Below are positions 61,101 through 64,000 of a stretch of DNA of 64,000 nt, piece by piece; position 1 is the stretch's first letter, and each line of letters opens with the position of its first letter. The stretch is taken from contig JAPLDU010000057.1 of NCBI GenBank assembly GCA_026391255.1, positions 6,973 to 70,972 of the forward strand, read 5' to 3'. Position numbers and translations under genes: made by a program. The notes under the pieces were generated by a model that saw only the letters and a list, made by a program, of their open reading frames with translations, did not search any database and had not been told where the DNA came from. This stretch comes from Bacteroidia bacterium. GTDB lineage: Bacteria; Bacteroidota; Bacteroidia; Bacteroidales; JAPLDU01.

Positions 61101-64000
61101 ACGGATGCCCTGCCAATACTACAATTACCGTTGGTGAACCTGCCATGCTGGTTACAACTTCAACAGCTACATCAATTCTATGTCATGGTGACACAGCTGT
61201 AATCACAGTTGGTGCATACGGTGGTACTGCTCCATATTCCGGAGTAGGTAATTTCACGGTAACAGCCGGAACATACAGTTATACAGTAAGCGATGCCAAT
61301 GGATGTCAGGCAGGAATAACAATCACCGTGGGTGAACCTGCAGCATTAGTTGCATCTTCATCTGCAACATCAATTCTATGTCATGGTAGTACAGCTGTAA
61401 TCACAATTGGTGCAAACGGTGGTACTGCTCCTTATACGGGAACAGGAACATTTATCGAATCTGCCGGTACCTATACCTTTACAGTGACAGATTCTCATGG
61501 ATGCCAGGCTAACACGACAATCACCTTAGGTGAACCGGATGCACTGGCTGCTACTTCAACAGCAACTGACATTCTCTGTAACGGCGGATTCTCAGATGTA
61601 ACCGTAGATGCAACTGGTGGTACATCTCCATATTATTTCACCGGTGTCTATACCGAAACTGCCGGAACTTATAGTTATACAGTATTTGATTCCAACGGAT
61701 GCCAGGCCAGTACAACGATAACCATTACAGAACCTGATGCATTATCAGCAATAGTATACGAAACAATGCCTGTACTCTGTCATGGTGGCACAGCCGAAGT
61801 GATGGTAACAGCAGTTGGAGGTACCGGACCTTATAATGGTGACGGTATTTACACATTGCCAGCAGGAACATTTACTGTTACTATTATGGATAATAATGGT
61901 TGCAGTGCTGATGTAAATGTTACTGTCACAGAACCTACAGCAATGACCGTCTATGCTAACTCATTGCCAATGTTATGCAATAATTCAACGACTGATGTTA
62001 ATGTATGGGCATATGGAGGTATACCCCCATATACAGGAACAGGAATATTTAATGTCGGGAGTGGAAACTTTACATTTACAGTTACAGATGCTAATGGATG
62101 TACAGGTGAAGTTAATATCACTGTGAATGGAGCTGCATTATTAGAAGCATATGCAACTTTATATACACCGATACTCTGCCATGGCGATACAGCTGAAGTT
62201 ATGGTTACAGCTGCTGGAGGAACAGGTTCATATATTGGTACAGGCATTTTCATGGCAACAGCCGGGCCAAATTCATATATTATTTATGATTCTAATGGAT
62301 GTCAGGCCAGCGTAACGATCACTATTGACGAACCTCCGGTACTTACAGCACAGGCTTACGAATACATGCCAATACTCTGTAATGGAGGAACAGCCGAGTA
62401 CATTGTGGTAGCTTACGGCGGAGTGGGACCATATAGTGGAGAAACTACTGTTAATTTGCCAGCCGGGACATATACATATTCGGTAAGTGATGCCAATGGA
62501 TGTACGGCAAATGTGTCATTCACGATCACAGAACCTGATCAGTTAGTGGCCAATTATTCGGCTACTGATATATCCTGCGCCGGTGGGACTTCATATGTAA
62601 CCATCTGGGCAACCGGAGGAACAGCACCATACAGTGGAGAAACTACTGTTTATTTATCAGCCGGGTCATATACCTATTCAGTAAGTGATGCCAATGGATG
62701 TTCAGCTGATGTAACATTTGACATTACACAGCCGGATCAGTTAGGAGGTATTATTTATTTGACTGATGTAACTTGTTACGGATTATCTGATGGGACATTT
62801 GACATGTATATTAATGGAGGTACTCCTCCTTATGAATATTCCATTGACGGAGGTTTGACCTGGCAGTCAACAGGATATTTCACAGGATTGGGTCCGGATA
62901 TTTATCCTGTTCTAATAAGAGATGCAAATCTTTGTTATACAGGCGTTAATATACCGATAACACAACCTGATCAGTTAGTGGCCAATTATTCAGCAACAGC
63001 TATTTCATGCTTCGGTGGGACATCATATGTAACCATCTGGGCAACCGGAGGAACTGCACCGTACAGCGGTGAAACCACAGATTATCTGTCACCTGGTACA
63101 TATACCTATTCGGTTAGTGATGCCAATGGATGCACGGCAGATGTATCATTCACGATCACAGGACCTGACCAGTTAGTAGCTAATTATTCAGCTACTGATA
63201 TATCCTGCGCCGGTGGGACTTCATATGTAACCATCTGGGCAACCGGAGGAACCGCACCATACAGTGGGGAAACGACGGTTTATTTATCAGCCGGGACATA
63301 TACCTATTCGGTAAGTGATGCAAATGGATGCACGGCAGATGTGTCATTCACGATCACGGAACCTGATCAGTTATTTGCCAATTATTCGGCTACTGAAATA
63401 TTATGCTATGGAGGTACTTCAGATGTAACCATCTGGGCAACCGGAGGAACTGCACCATATTCAGGAGAAACCACGGTATCATTACCGGCAGGTCAATATA
63501 CTTATACAGTAAGTGATGCCAATGGATGCTCAGCAGAGATTACATTTACTATCACACAACCGGATCAGTTAGGAGGATATTTTTCATATTCTGATATATC
63601 TTGCTATGGATATGCCGATGGAACCTTAGATATATACAATGTGTACGGTGGTACTTTGCCTTATGAATACAGTATTGACGGAGGTTTGACCTGGCAGTCC
63701 GACGGAAATTTCACTGGACTGATGGCAGGAGATTATCAATTACTTGTTAAAGATGCAAACCAGTGTATGGCAGGCGCTGATTGGACACTGACACAACCCG
63801 ACCAGTTAGTGGCTAATTATTCAGCAACTGATATATCATGCGCCGGTGGAACTTCATATGTGACCATCTGGGCAACTGGCGGGACAGCTCCATACAGTGG
63901 AGAAACAACCGTCTATTTATCGGCCGGTACATATACCTATTCTGTTAGTGATGCCAATGGATGTTATGCTGATGTTACCTTTACAATCACAGGACCAGCC
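40154..64000 (+). CDS. Giant multidomain cell-surface repeat protein 'gene B', 3' end beyond the window (at least 7,949 codons in the window)
   Basis: It is not in the supplied ORF track because it has no in-window stop. ATG 40154 follows an in-frame TAA at 40139-41. The signal peptide is MKKLYILLPVFTFVALFSLAQ. I hand-checked the frame (pos mod 3 = 2) at 44579, 49079 and 63971. All + strand track ORFs in 40.1-64 kb are in frame 0, so frame 2 never terminates. Confidence 0.9.
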   Translation, partial: MKKLYILLPVFTFVALFSLAQTIPFSENFEGSTSLPSGWTVEKAPGSTGWLVGNNLGSGGFTIPSHTNYAASNDDLCNCDMSIDYLITPSLDFNVGSGVLLEFDAFLPSYYYPTDSRGYVEVRSGGGPWQAVYTVPVNPGWQHLVVDLSAFEGQTVQVGFHHNDGGYHSSGFAIDNVYIYPVFQYDVGVVSWDSPVTGCLSNNESVTITVKNFGTLAFSGFTAYYSINGVNSTPVNVTQTILPGATYSYTFSATANLSVGNNLCNATVTTSGDGNSTNNSLSSNVTVKRYNEITIPFTENFNTNSSNYLEVTSNSNAYSVISGGYVSMTGTGSGASWIGGSGFPPTTASNAWNDNISYQSQIDIKCDGGNVPVNTSKLELLLDLRQEIVNYLKYSWFSVWVNGIQIADTQGNLNFNPSTPNSDPWTTHTFDLSAYQNQAFTIVLKASCKKSTDAVFIDNIIIRQRNVADAGIYQLLSPISDCGLANHSDIIVKVKNFGLESISNIPVYYKIDGGPALLAGNVPGPILPGMISAAYTFSNKNTPGLQNVGTHSFVIYTALPGDIYHNENDTLSSQIIHLPLISDFPYTENFEGTQYWSAGGVNSSWQLGIMSGKTVMTLNPTGSKSWVTNLSGNYNNNEASYVESPCFDFSTLMHPVFEMKLWYNTDANADGAQLQATYDDGANWNIIGTLASPPNLNNWYNNIVSALGGLAGWTDNSGGWVTASMQLPNIYSGKSQVRFRIYFASDADNGYPVESNYDGIAFDDINIHDLQANTDIRLMNWAAPLSGINLTSIETVSLHVKNLGLGNITHFNASYSINGGATFTSQSFTYTITPGSEATVNFSTPANFSTPGTYNCVAFVSMTGDENHLNDTIHTTIQNTLVINQFPYAQYFQSNNGYWYSGGTNSSWEWGVPAGITIPFDSTSTNKAWVTDLDGDYNNNEFSWVQSPVFDFSSLIQPAISMRIAYDAEGYTNDGSNLQYSLDGGSTWTTVGTVAASPNTDNWYVNFITSLGGEPGWTDYSGGWINSYHTLSALGGQPNVIFRVLFGSDESNTFEGMGFDDVRIYENAPHDLHMMAWTAPTVGCGLGNEHITVQVKNEGYFIENNFQIQYSINGGATFVTEVVSTPVAPGATINYTFSTLANFSAPGTYNSIAQVLLAGDVTPANNSINFTVNSSPLITMFPYIQGFESGSDNWVAGGTSSSWQLGHPAGTIINSAATGVDAWVTNLTGNYNTSENSYVESPCFDFSVMSNPTFQFKYIKNCESYGNFYFDGARLEYSTDGGNTWNVVGAYNDTTNWYNAPQIYAFELQTGWSGTNPNWLTAGHNLPMLAHMSNIKFRVSFASDDYNDLEGFGFDDVKIYNDVPADIGVSQITSPATGCANTSTSIVQVVIKNYNVTTFAAGNSFNVAYQLFGYAPVIETVTLAQDLLPNNTMNYSFATGLSLPVNGGTYSLTSYTILPEDANNFNDTTVSSVLVYPDPVINETVTNVSCNNFSDGMISVAIYSGVTYHWSNGQTNSSISGLIAGDYSLTVTNSYGCQTVKTISVTQPQQLIAYSTATEILCNGETTNITVTAQGGTLPYFGTGNFVRPAGTYQFIVTDAHGCTASTTISITAPDALSASSSVTTAINCYGQTGQITVSAQGGTPPYSGDGIKSEHAGTYTYTVTDSKGCSATTMITISEPPLLIVNATASSVLCNGGIATVTVSASGGTPPYSGSGTFYAGSGTYSYTMTDAAGCSASTLITITDPVALSATFSKSEYDGYNISCYNLTNGYAVVHVSGGTTPYSYHWNNGVTVDSIGNVGAGTYHVTITDANGCTLGGTMNPETVVWNYINTGDTHEILISTTCTINVDGNIITSGDYLIGVFYDSLGVMTCGGYIDWNGAPTAFPAWGAESGIIDGFANNEAFTFKFLRLADNQLIDVDNVQYDLTFQNQGFYQSNGQSSLLSLTGHSVLPVTTPDLVTTLIEPSAITITFTPSNYGGFNVSAFGANDGFLVAVPNNGIPPYSYFWNGPNGFTATTANISGLYAGTYFVTVTDAFGCTGVASFMMIQISNMNISAQFQNASCNGYSDGWIDITVTGGTDPLTYYWTKNGSYFANTEDLTGISAGSYMVVVTDQYFSTITYSVVLTESMSLPLVEDFEGGVLPAGWTRSNQEHSHGWEFGDSNSLSSFFFDPPAHTLFAASNDDLWGCDDGFGNDTCNDASADLLITPMLDLTTINYSHVTLTFDAYYPDNSIPGSNATVEATIDGGLSWYVLSTLSNDPNGWQNGLTVSLDNYIGFCNVQIGFRYNDGGFWAFGFAIDNVNILGVAIPPNDLAVTAWDSPAEDICNAGNNVPVTITITNDGSVSVSGFSASYSIDGGLTYVTEIVPNVIPPLGSINYTFIQTANFSVIGTYHCIASVTIAGDANLANNVISGITVNTHSNISSFPYLENFESGTAADFKLEASSDASISIGSDGSDLSLIMAGQNPSDGWFGGLNATANDAWNLSIVHHADAQTFCPINASSMSSLILLLDLKQVFETSPTNSWFRVLVNGNPVADVNGHTDFNPTTMSDPFVTLKYDLDAFAGSSFMLELQACDRDYLDKVFVDNVILRAKNKDLAITAINLPVEKCQMTNSEAVEITVNNPGELAVSFFDVFFQVDGGTIVTESVNHLINPGSSYVYSFTGTADLSLLGNHSLLAGVNLAGDMNTTNDMMAKSFETKPYISSFPYLSTSSELQNFWTPGGTNSSWIFTSGTYWKTGVTTYNNNENSYVESPCFDFSSLINPVFEFNINYQTEFDQDGASLQYSTDGINWYTLGNTGDPNNWYTYSNKWTGSGPGSFVIAKHLLNGLAGQSNVRFRIKFVSDANGVYYGFSFDNVKIYEMFDLGITALTPASGCPGTYIYPTVTIKNFSMVNIPAGTVIPVNYQFNGGSTITENVTLAADLLANGTTSYSFSSGFALPMSATYNINASTGYLNDLNSTNDYYYGSVVSLPLPIAEAGNDQHICFGNSAFLTATGGGSYAWNTGDFTQSITVYPLTTTVYTVTVTNTNQCVSTDQVTVFVNNLPIADAGPDQVVCYGTPATLTATGGVYYLWSTFETTASINVTPTASEIYYVTVTDGNGCSSSDYVNVTVLDLPVVNAGNNITVCNGQSVTLTATGGDSYSWDNNVEQGVPFVPQYTTLYTVTVTDNNDCSNTGNVTVFVDPQISLSFVSVMPSCAGYSNGSIDLTIIGGSTPYQILWSTGSTNEDISGLDASQYSVVVTDAFNCSSSLNVDILQPNQLTLSIFDIGNYSGYSVSCHGAADGSASAVVNDGTAPYSYLWSNGSTVNPATGLTAGDYSVVVTDAKGCQISGNITLTEPDVLHIGSSTTPVTCVGASDGSINIIVDGGTTPYIYYWNNGVTTQNVSNVPAGNYSVTVTDYYGCQNFATVTVEHPVGIQASFIKSDFNGYNISCFGSATGTIDLTVNGVTSPYTYLWSTGETTQNLANISLGNSSSVTYTVTITDNNNCTQTASTIMTQPGTPIFQFSHPPITTCFGDSIGHITLTISFTGLTPPSPYTYLWSNGATTQNLTNIPGGAYSVTFTDANGCHTDAQTTLSQPAQLIASATAITNFNGYNVSCFGSSNGVAVVNVTGGTPLYTYKWSDVSGTTNDTLSGISASMFRVTVTDSHFCTATSSVTLTQPSAITLMSQITNVICNGGSTGAIDLTPDGGVVPYGYHWSNSSTTQDISNLIAGIYLVTVTDHNACTATAPYTVTQNTAISLTAVITKVSCYGGVNGMINITVSGGNTPYNFNWSNGSTLEDISGLTASITPYTVTVTDALGCNKTGSYTVSQNPQLTISETITNVACNGGNNGAIQINVEGGVTPYAFNWNDGPTSQNRYNLEMGTYYVTVIDAALCNITGSYTITQPDQLIVNYFITNLNCYQGSNGAINLTVSGGTTPYSYDWSNSATTENIDNLLAGNYSVVIMDAHSCAFSGAYVVTEPPIFQVNTQEVSGISCYGFNDGVVTAVKTNGISPFTYQWSNGGSTDTISGLAPGTYSVTVIDANGCVANSATLPLPWNYLVTGTNHTIAIQPSTVFDIGGSNIQIGDYIGVFYNYGGTLYCGGYVQWTAANASFGTSLAAWGADVGGDGFVSGEAFNWKIWRSALGYGVNATAVADPSFDPFYFNNGSLSVLQSLSVAPSDLPTDPSQITLTEPTSVIGTIYMSTPPIACAGGVTSLIGIPDGGTAPYSFLWSNNVTTQDLNNVPAGTYDLTVTDAHGCTGTAQYIIEEPDPLAFDFSVIKPSCYGYSNGSADVTITGGISPYVIIWTSIGQFGTHASDLFAGTYPVLVIDGNNCLANASVNVGQPDALFASAVETNNAGYSGTEGAIDLTVTGGTIPYSYVWSDGETTEDISGLTVGTYTVTVTDANYCSTTASATIELIPSLSISWTLVNPQCYGYDGSIDLQVQGGIQPYSYLWSDNETVSLIYVLAGVYDVTVTDYNGLSGTAEIIVNQPPAMTILAVVTDPTCQGGSNGAIDITVTNGVSPLIYWWSNGSFDEDLSGLTAGSYAVNVWDINGCHVTADYTLTDPVELFAIISITSNYNGQAISCNGAADGMLDVIASGGTTPYSYIWSTGATDNEISGLIAGTYFVTVHDANNCSTSGISVIPNVGSNVDWSYTITSIPTHLIYVPADAVNVDGMPLSWGDYVGVFYNVNGGSLACGGFMLYTGSDNYISAYGADPGMNNGFAIGEEFKWKIYKSAENLTLDADPIYDIVDFTQSAWFTPDGISGLTSLTGSLNGQTIAQGIVLGQPDAISLTLDISNYNGYAISCYQANDGAVVANVTGGTSPYSYYWSNGSILQGADQLAPGDYSVTVTDANGCYAVVNFTITGPDQLVANYSATEILCYGGTSDVTIWATGGTAPYSGETTVSLPAGTYTYTVGDANGCTADVTFTITEPSPLGGFYSYTDISCYGAADGTIDFFDIYGGIPPYEYSVDGGLTWQLSEYFTALGPDTFQLQVRDANNCYAYGVHVVAEPSQLVANYSATDISCNGGTSYVTIWATGGTAPYSGETTVYLSAGTYTYSVSDANGCTADITFTISEPNQLVANYSATEILCAGGTSDVTIWATGGTPPYSGETTVSLLTGTYNYTVTDANGCTANISFTITEPPVFTLTAYVVNPILCYGDSADVYWYTNNGEYGDIFLTAGGWILSISNSNGCIAIDTIFITGPDQLVANYSASTILCAGTNSDVTIWATGGTPPYYGETIVSLPAGTYTYSVEDANGCYADVTFIITEPDQLVANYSASDILCTGGTSDVTIWATGGTAPYSGETIVSLPAGSYTYTVSDANGCTAEITFTITEPDQLGGSFTYTNISCYGFADGSFDIFYIYGGTLPYEYSIDGGLTWQSDGNFTGLTAGDYQLLVKDANQCIVGADWTLTQPDQLVANYSATDISCNGGTSYVTIWATGGTAPYSGETIVYLSAGTYTYSVSDANGCTADVSFTITGPDQLVANYSATEILCFGDSSEVTIWATGGTAPYSGETTVSLPAGHYTYTVSDANGCSADVTFDITQPYRLGGLVYYTNVTCYGFSDGTFDIQLIGGTPPYEYSIDGGLTWLSTGYFTGLAPNIYPIRVRDANLCYNGVDITITQPDQLVAYYSSTDISCFGDVSYVTIWATGGTAPYSGETTDYLSPGTYTYSVSDANGCTADITFTITAPDQLVANYTATDISCYGDFSNVSIWATGGTSPYSGDTTVSLPAGEYTYTVSDANGCTAEVTFIITQPDLLGGYFVPSEVTCYGFANGSIDIYVAGGTPPYIYSIDGGLTWQSDQYFAGLDVGDYYILVMDANQCTGYGFWTITQPDQLVANYSATDISCYGNVSYVTIWATGGTAPYSGETTVYLSAGTYTYSVSDANGCTADVTFTITGPASPLTANYSATDILCAGGTSDVVIWATGGTAPYSGETTVSLPAGTYTYTVSDANGCTADVTFTITEPQSLFGYFSYSEISCFGYADGSIDIYYMTGGTLPYEYSDDGGLTWQSSEYFTGLMAGDYNLEVRDANGCTAYGYITLYQPDQIVISGNVTDVSCFGNLNGAIDISVTGGVPDYFVYWSNGSTDMNLSNLAAGNYTVTVVDETGCSATMTFNVNSPAMPVLDYSVTEVSCFGYADGAIVIYDIAGGVSPFTYLWSTGSTVNSIYNLSAGTYSVTVTDYNGCVSQADIIVTEPDIISISEISHNVSCYDGTDGSIDLTVTGGTPGYTYHWNYFTSDVMNWTYTNTGTNHAILITTNATILLNGNPIGIGDYIGVFYHNQLGHLVCGGYAQWNGNNTNISAWGSDYNMSTGQSLYNGFAIHEQFIFRIWHAADGLIYDVNATYFSGEPDMQYYVTDGISSVSSLIGNFELNDLPGTEDLVNIGAGTYSVTVTDSHNCTATAQIIITEPPILHLSVVKTNAHCYGSNDGTINLTVTGGTAPYSYLWSNAATTEDIANLSAGTYFVTVTDHNGCQDVIGAIIYQSSPFSFTSTQTNVNCNIGNNGSINLTLTGGLSPFIFHWSNGATTQNLNNLVAGTYNVSITDATTCTLTGSFVIDQAVSLTVTSNSVNETCNGNNTGSITLTVTGGTTPYTYHWNTGATTQTINNLYAGNYTVTVTEASGCYKVSTFTVNQPVVISVILTKTNITCFGGNNGTISTSVSGGTAPYYYHWSNGTTVQNLSNLASGLYIVTVTDSNGCFNTAATTINQPTQIILTFNKTNVSCYGAANGTVHLTVSGGASPYTYLWSTGATTSNITGLIIGTYYVTVTDNAGCKKTGSTIITQPAVINLTFNATNITCNGGYNGSINLTVSGGMPGYTYVWSNSATTQNLANIGAGTYSVTVTDMNGCTKTGSKTVSQSGSIVLSLTKSDVTCFGGSNGSVNLVVVSVGATPFLYHWSNGSTSQNLNNVTAGNYNVTVTDAGGCTSTSGISVIQPAALVATSTATSILCHGGTAIITVGANGGTAPYSGTGTFTVSAGTYTYTVTDSHGCPANTTITVGEPAMLVTTSTATSILCHGDTAVITVGAYGGTAPYSGVGNFTVTAGTYSYTVSDANGCQAGITITVGEPAALVASSSATSILCHGSTAVITIGANGGTAPYTGTGTFIESAGTYTFTVTDSHGCQANTTITLGEPDALAATSTATDILCNGGFSDVTVDATGGTSPYYFTGVYTETAGTYSYTVFDSNGCQASTTITITEPDALSAIVYETMPVLCHGGTAEVMVTAVGGTGPYNGDGIYTLPAGTFTVTIMDNNGCSADVNVTVTEPTAMTVYANSLPMLCNNSTTDVNVWAYGGIPPYTGTGIFNVGSGNFTFTVTDANGCTGEVNITVNGAALLEAYATLYTPILCHGDTAEVMVTAAGGTGSYIGTGIFMATAGPNSYIIYDSNGCQASVTITIDEPPVLTAQAYEYMPILCNGGTAEYIVVAYGGVGPYSGETTVNLPAGTYTYSVSDANGCTANVSFTITEPDQLVANYSATDISCAGGTSYVTIWATGGTAPYSGETTVYLSAGSYTYSVSDANGCSADVTFDITQPDQLGGIIYLTDVTCYGLSDGTFDMYINGGTPPYEYSIDGGLTWQSTGYFTGLGPDIYPVLIRDANLCYTGVNIPITQPDQLVANYSATAISCFGGTSYVTIWATGGTAPYSGETTDYLSPGTYTYSVSDANGCTADVSFTITGPDQLVANYSATDISCAGGTSYVTIWATGGTAPYSGETTVYLSAGTYTYSVSDANGCTADVSFTITEPDQLFANYSATEILCYGGTSDVTIWATGGTAPYSGETTVSLPAGQYTYTVSDANGCSAEITFTITQPDQLGGYFSYSDISCYGYADGTLDIYNVYGGTLPYEYSIDGGLTWQSDGNFTGLMAGDYQLLVKDANQCMAGADWTLTQPDQLVANYSATDISCAGGTSYVTIWATGGTAPYSGETTVYLSAGTYTYSVSDANGCYADVTFTITGPA
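40217..44585 (+). other. Gene B block I: beta-sandwich modules (choice-of-anchor-J/MAM-like) alternating with five CARDB-like Ig modules
   Basis: The approximate order is below.
- CoA-J-like, 40217-40695 (FSENFEG...P.GW...FAIDNVYIY)
- CARDB-like, 40696-41026 (YDVGV..W.SP...C....VTITVKNFG)
- Module X, 41027-41550 (..FIDNIIIR)
- CARDB-like, 41551-41890
- MAM-like, 41891-42460 (FPY.ENFE...SW..G...WVTNL.GNYNNNE.SYVESPCFDFS...FDDI.I)
- CARDB-like, 42461-42800
- MAM-like, 42801-43352
- CARDB-like, 43353-43685
- MAM-like, 43686-44238
- CARDB-like, 44239-44585

Family names come from motif memory only. Confidence 0.55.
45620..46000 (+). other. Recurrent insert domain, copy 3 (gene B)
   Basis: VVWNYINTGDTHEILISTTCTINVDGNIITSGDYLIGVFYDSLGVMTCGGYIDWNGAPTAFPAWGAESGIIDGFANNEAFTFKFLRLADNQLIDVDNVQY...SNGQSSLLSLTG. 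Confidence 0.75.
46545..49080 (+). other. Gene B block II: a second, shorter copy of the CoA-J-like / CARDB-like / module X / CARDB-like / MAM-like / CARDB-like block
   Basis: The approximate order is below.
- CoA-J-like, 46545-47073 (PLVEDFEGG.LPAGW...FAIDNVNIL)
- CARDB-like, 47074-47422
- Module X, 47423-47943 (..VDNVILR)
- CARDB-like, 47944-48262
- MAM-like, 48263-48743 (..SYVESPCFDFS..FDNVKIYE)
- CARDB-like, 48744-49080

The order is collinear with block I, but two MAM-like/CARDB pairs are missing. Confidence 0.55.
49081..49710 (+). repeat. Three tandem modules of about 70 aa: A.AG.D..[IV]C.G....LTATGG..Y.W.......I.V.P.....Y.VTVT..N.C...D.V.V.V
   Basis: The three modules read as follows.
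- PIAEAGNDQHICFGNSAFLTATGGGSYAWNTG...VTVFV
- LPIADAGPDQVVCYGTPATLTATGGVYYLWST...VNVTV
- LPVVNAGNNITVCNGQSVTLTATGGDSYSWDNN...VTVFV

They differ from the SprB-type modules on either side. Confidence 0.7.
52262..52645 (+). other. Recurrent insert domain, copy 4 (gene B; close paralogue of copy 2)
   Basis: LPWNYLVTGTNHTIAIQPSTVFDIGGSNIQIGDYIGVFYNYGGTLYCGGYVQWTAANASFGTSLAAWGADVGGDGFVSGEAFNWKIWRSALGYGVNATAV...NNGSLSVLQSLSV. A 59-nt run at 52322-52380 is identical to 37275-37333. Confidence 0.8.
54056..54445 (+). other. Recurrent insert domain, copy 5 (gene B)
   Basis: VDWSYTITSIPTHLIYVPADAVNVDGMPLSWGDYVGVFYNVNGGSLACGGFMLYTGSDNYISAYGADPGMNNGFAIGEEFKWKIYKSAENLTLDADPIY...PDGISGLTSLTG. Confidence 0.75.
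54716..58265 (+). repeat. High-identity super-repeat array in gene B: two ~66-aa 'DQLVANYSAT..C....VTIWATGGTAPYSGETTV' modules plus one ~80-aa 'GG.F.Y..ISCYG.ADG..D....GG..PYEYSIDGGLTWQS' module, iterated about 5-6 times
   Basis: The period is about 0.6-0.65 kb. For example, 55140-55470 and 56350-56680 align at roughly 90% or better nucleotide identity by eye. Confidence 0.8.
58850..59240 (+). other. Recurrent insert domain, copy 6 (gene B)
   Basis: MNWTYTNTGTNHAILITTNATILLNGNPIGIGDYIGVFYHNQLGHLVCGGYAQWNGNNTNISAWGSDYNMSTGQSLYNGFAIHEQFIFRIWHAADGLIYDVNATY...TDGISSVSSLIG. Confidence 0.75.
60940..62340 (+). repeat. Array of about 7 consecutive ~66-67-aa modules (..ILCHGG.A...V.A.GGT.PY.G.G.F....G.Y.YTV.D..GC.A...IT..EP) in gene B
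   Basis: Consecutive modules at 60950, 61141, 61331, 61521 and onward begin with A.LVA.S.ATSILCHG. The first three share long identical nucleotide runs. Confidence 0.75.
62340..64000 (+). repeat. The super-repeat array seen at 54.7-58.3 kb resumes and runs off the window
   Basis: 62690-63140 is collinear with 56720-57180 at high identity, including the FDIT..P..LGG..Y.T.VTCYG.SDGTFD and PYEYSIDGGLTW segments. Confidence 0.8.

Noticed and set aside
24308-62253. Many 60-156-aa track ORFs inside the giant genes. Examples are 24308..24601 +, 24771..25052 -, 26609..26812 +, 33116..33319 -, 33371..33589 -, 37243..37467 -, 43304..43774 -, 52314..52514 - and 61951..62253 -.
   Set aside because: All are antisense or out of frame relative to the long repeat-protein frames. 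Their sequences are low-complexity mirror products of the repeats. Near-identical pairs such as 37243..37467 and 52314..52514 simply reflect the sense-strand duplication.
1-64000. tRNA, rRNA, tmRNA, RNase P or SRP RNA genes.
   Set aside because: I scanned the intergenic regions for T-loop (GGTTCGAATCC-like) and other hallmark motifs and found none. The intergenic space is accounted for by repeats. This was a visual scan only; tRNAscan-SE or Infernal should confirm it.

Overview
The window looks like a Bacteroidota-type chromosome. Support: a T9SS Por_Secre_tail-like C-terminal domain, SprB-type repeats, a DUF5686/CarboxypepD_reg protein, and TAnnTTTG-like promoter boxes.

nt 1-23,310 carries ordinary housekeeping genes. 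They are sufS-sufE, a CDF-like membrane protein and a DUF59 protein; a transketolase N-subunit; M23 peptidase-dxr-rseP; mpl; two small lipoproteins; ornithine carbamoyltransferase plus carbamate kinase; a GNAT/FemAB-like protein; upp; DUF5686; valS; pepP; and a decayed alpha/beta-hydrolase pseudogene. Almost every intergenic gap here holds mosaic arrays of 7-8-nt tandem words. At least three dispersed 80-100-nt repeat families are present, one of them flanking pepP as an inverted pair.

nt 24,043-64,000 (about 62% of the window) is two co-oriented giant cell-surface repeat-protein genes.
- Gene A (24,043-40,067) would be about 5,342 aa if repaired. It is split by a 4-nt deletion at 27,070/27,071 inside a 606-bp tandem duplication, and it ends in a T9SS sorting domain.
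- Gene B starts at 40,154 and stays open to the window end, so it is at least 7,949 codons. It is absent from the supplied ORF track because it has no in-window stop.

Both genes are built from dozens of Cys-bracketed SprB-type modules. Gene B also has two copies of an N-terminal block in which beta-sandwich modules alternate with CARDB-like modules.

The most interesting signal is a recurrent domain of about 125 aa that I cannot assign to a family. Its motifs are W-x-[YF]..T, GD[YW]-x-GVFY, CGG[YF], A[WY]G, GF..[GN]E and [WF][KR][IF][WY]. It is inserted six times into the SprB arrays, twice in gene A and four times in gene B.

I saw no tRNA, rRNA, CRISPR array, transposase or integrase. All family assignments come from motif recognition by eye; no database search was possible.
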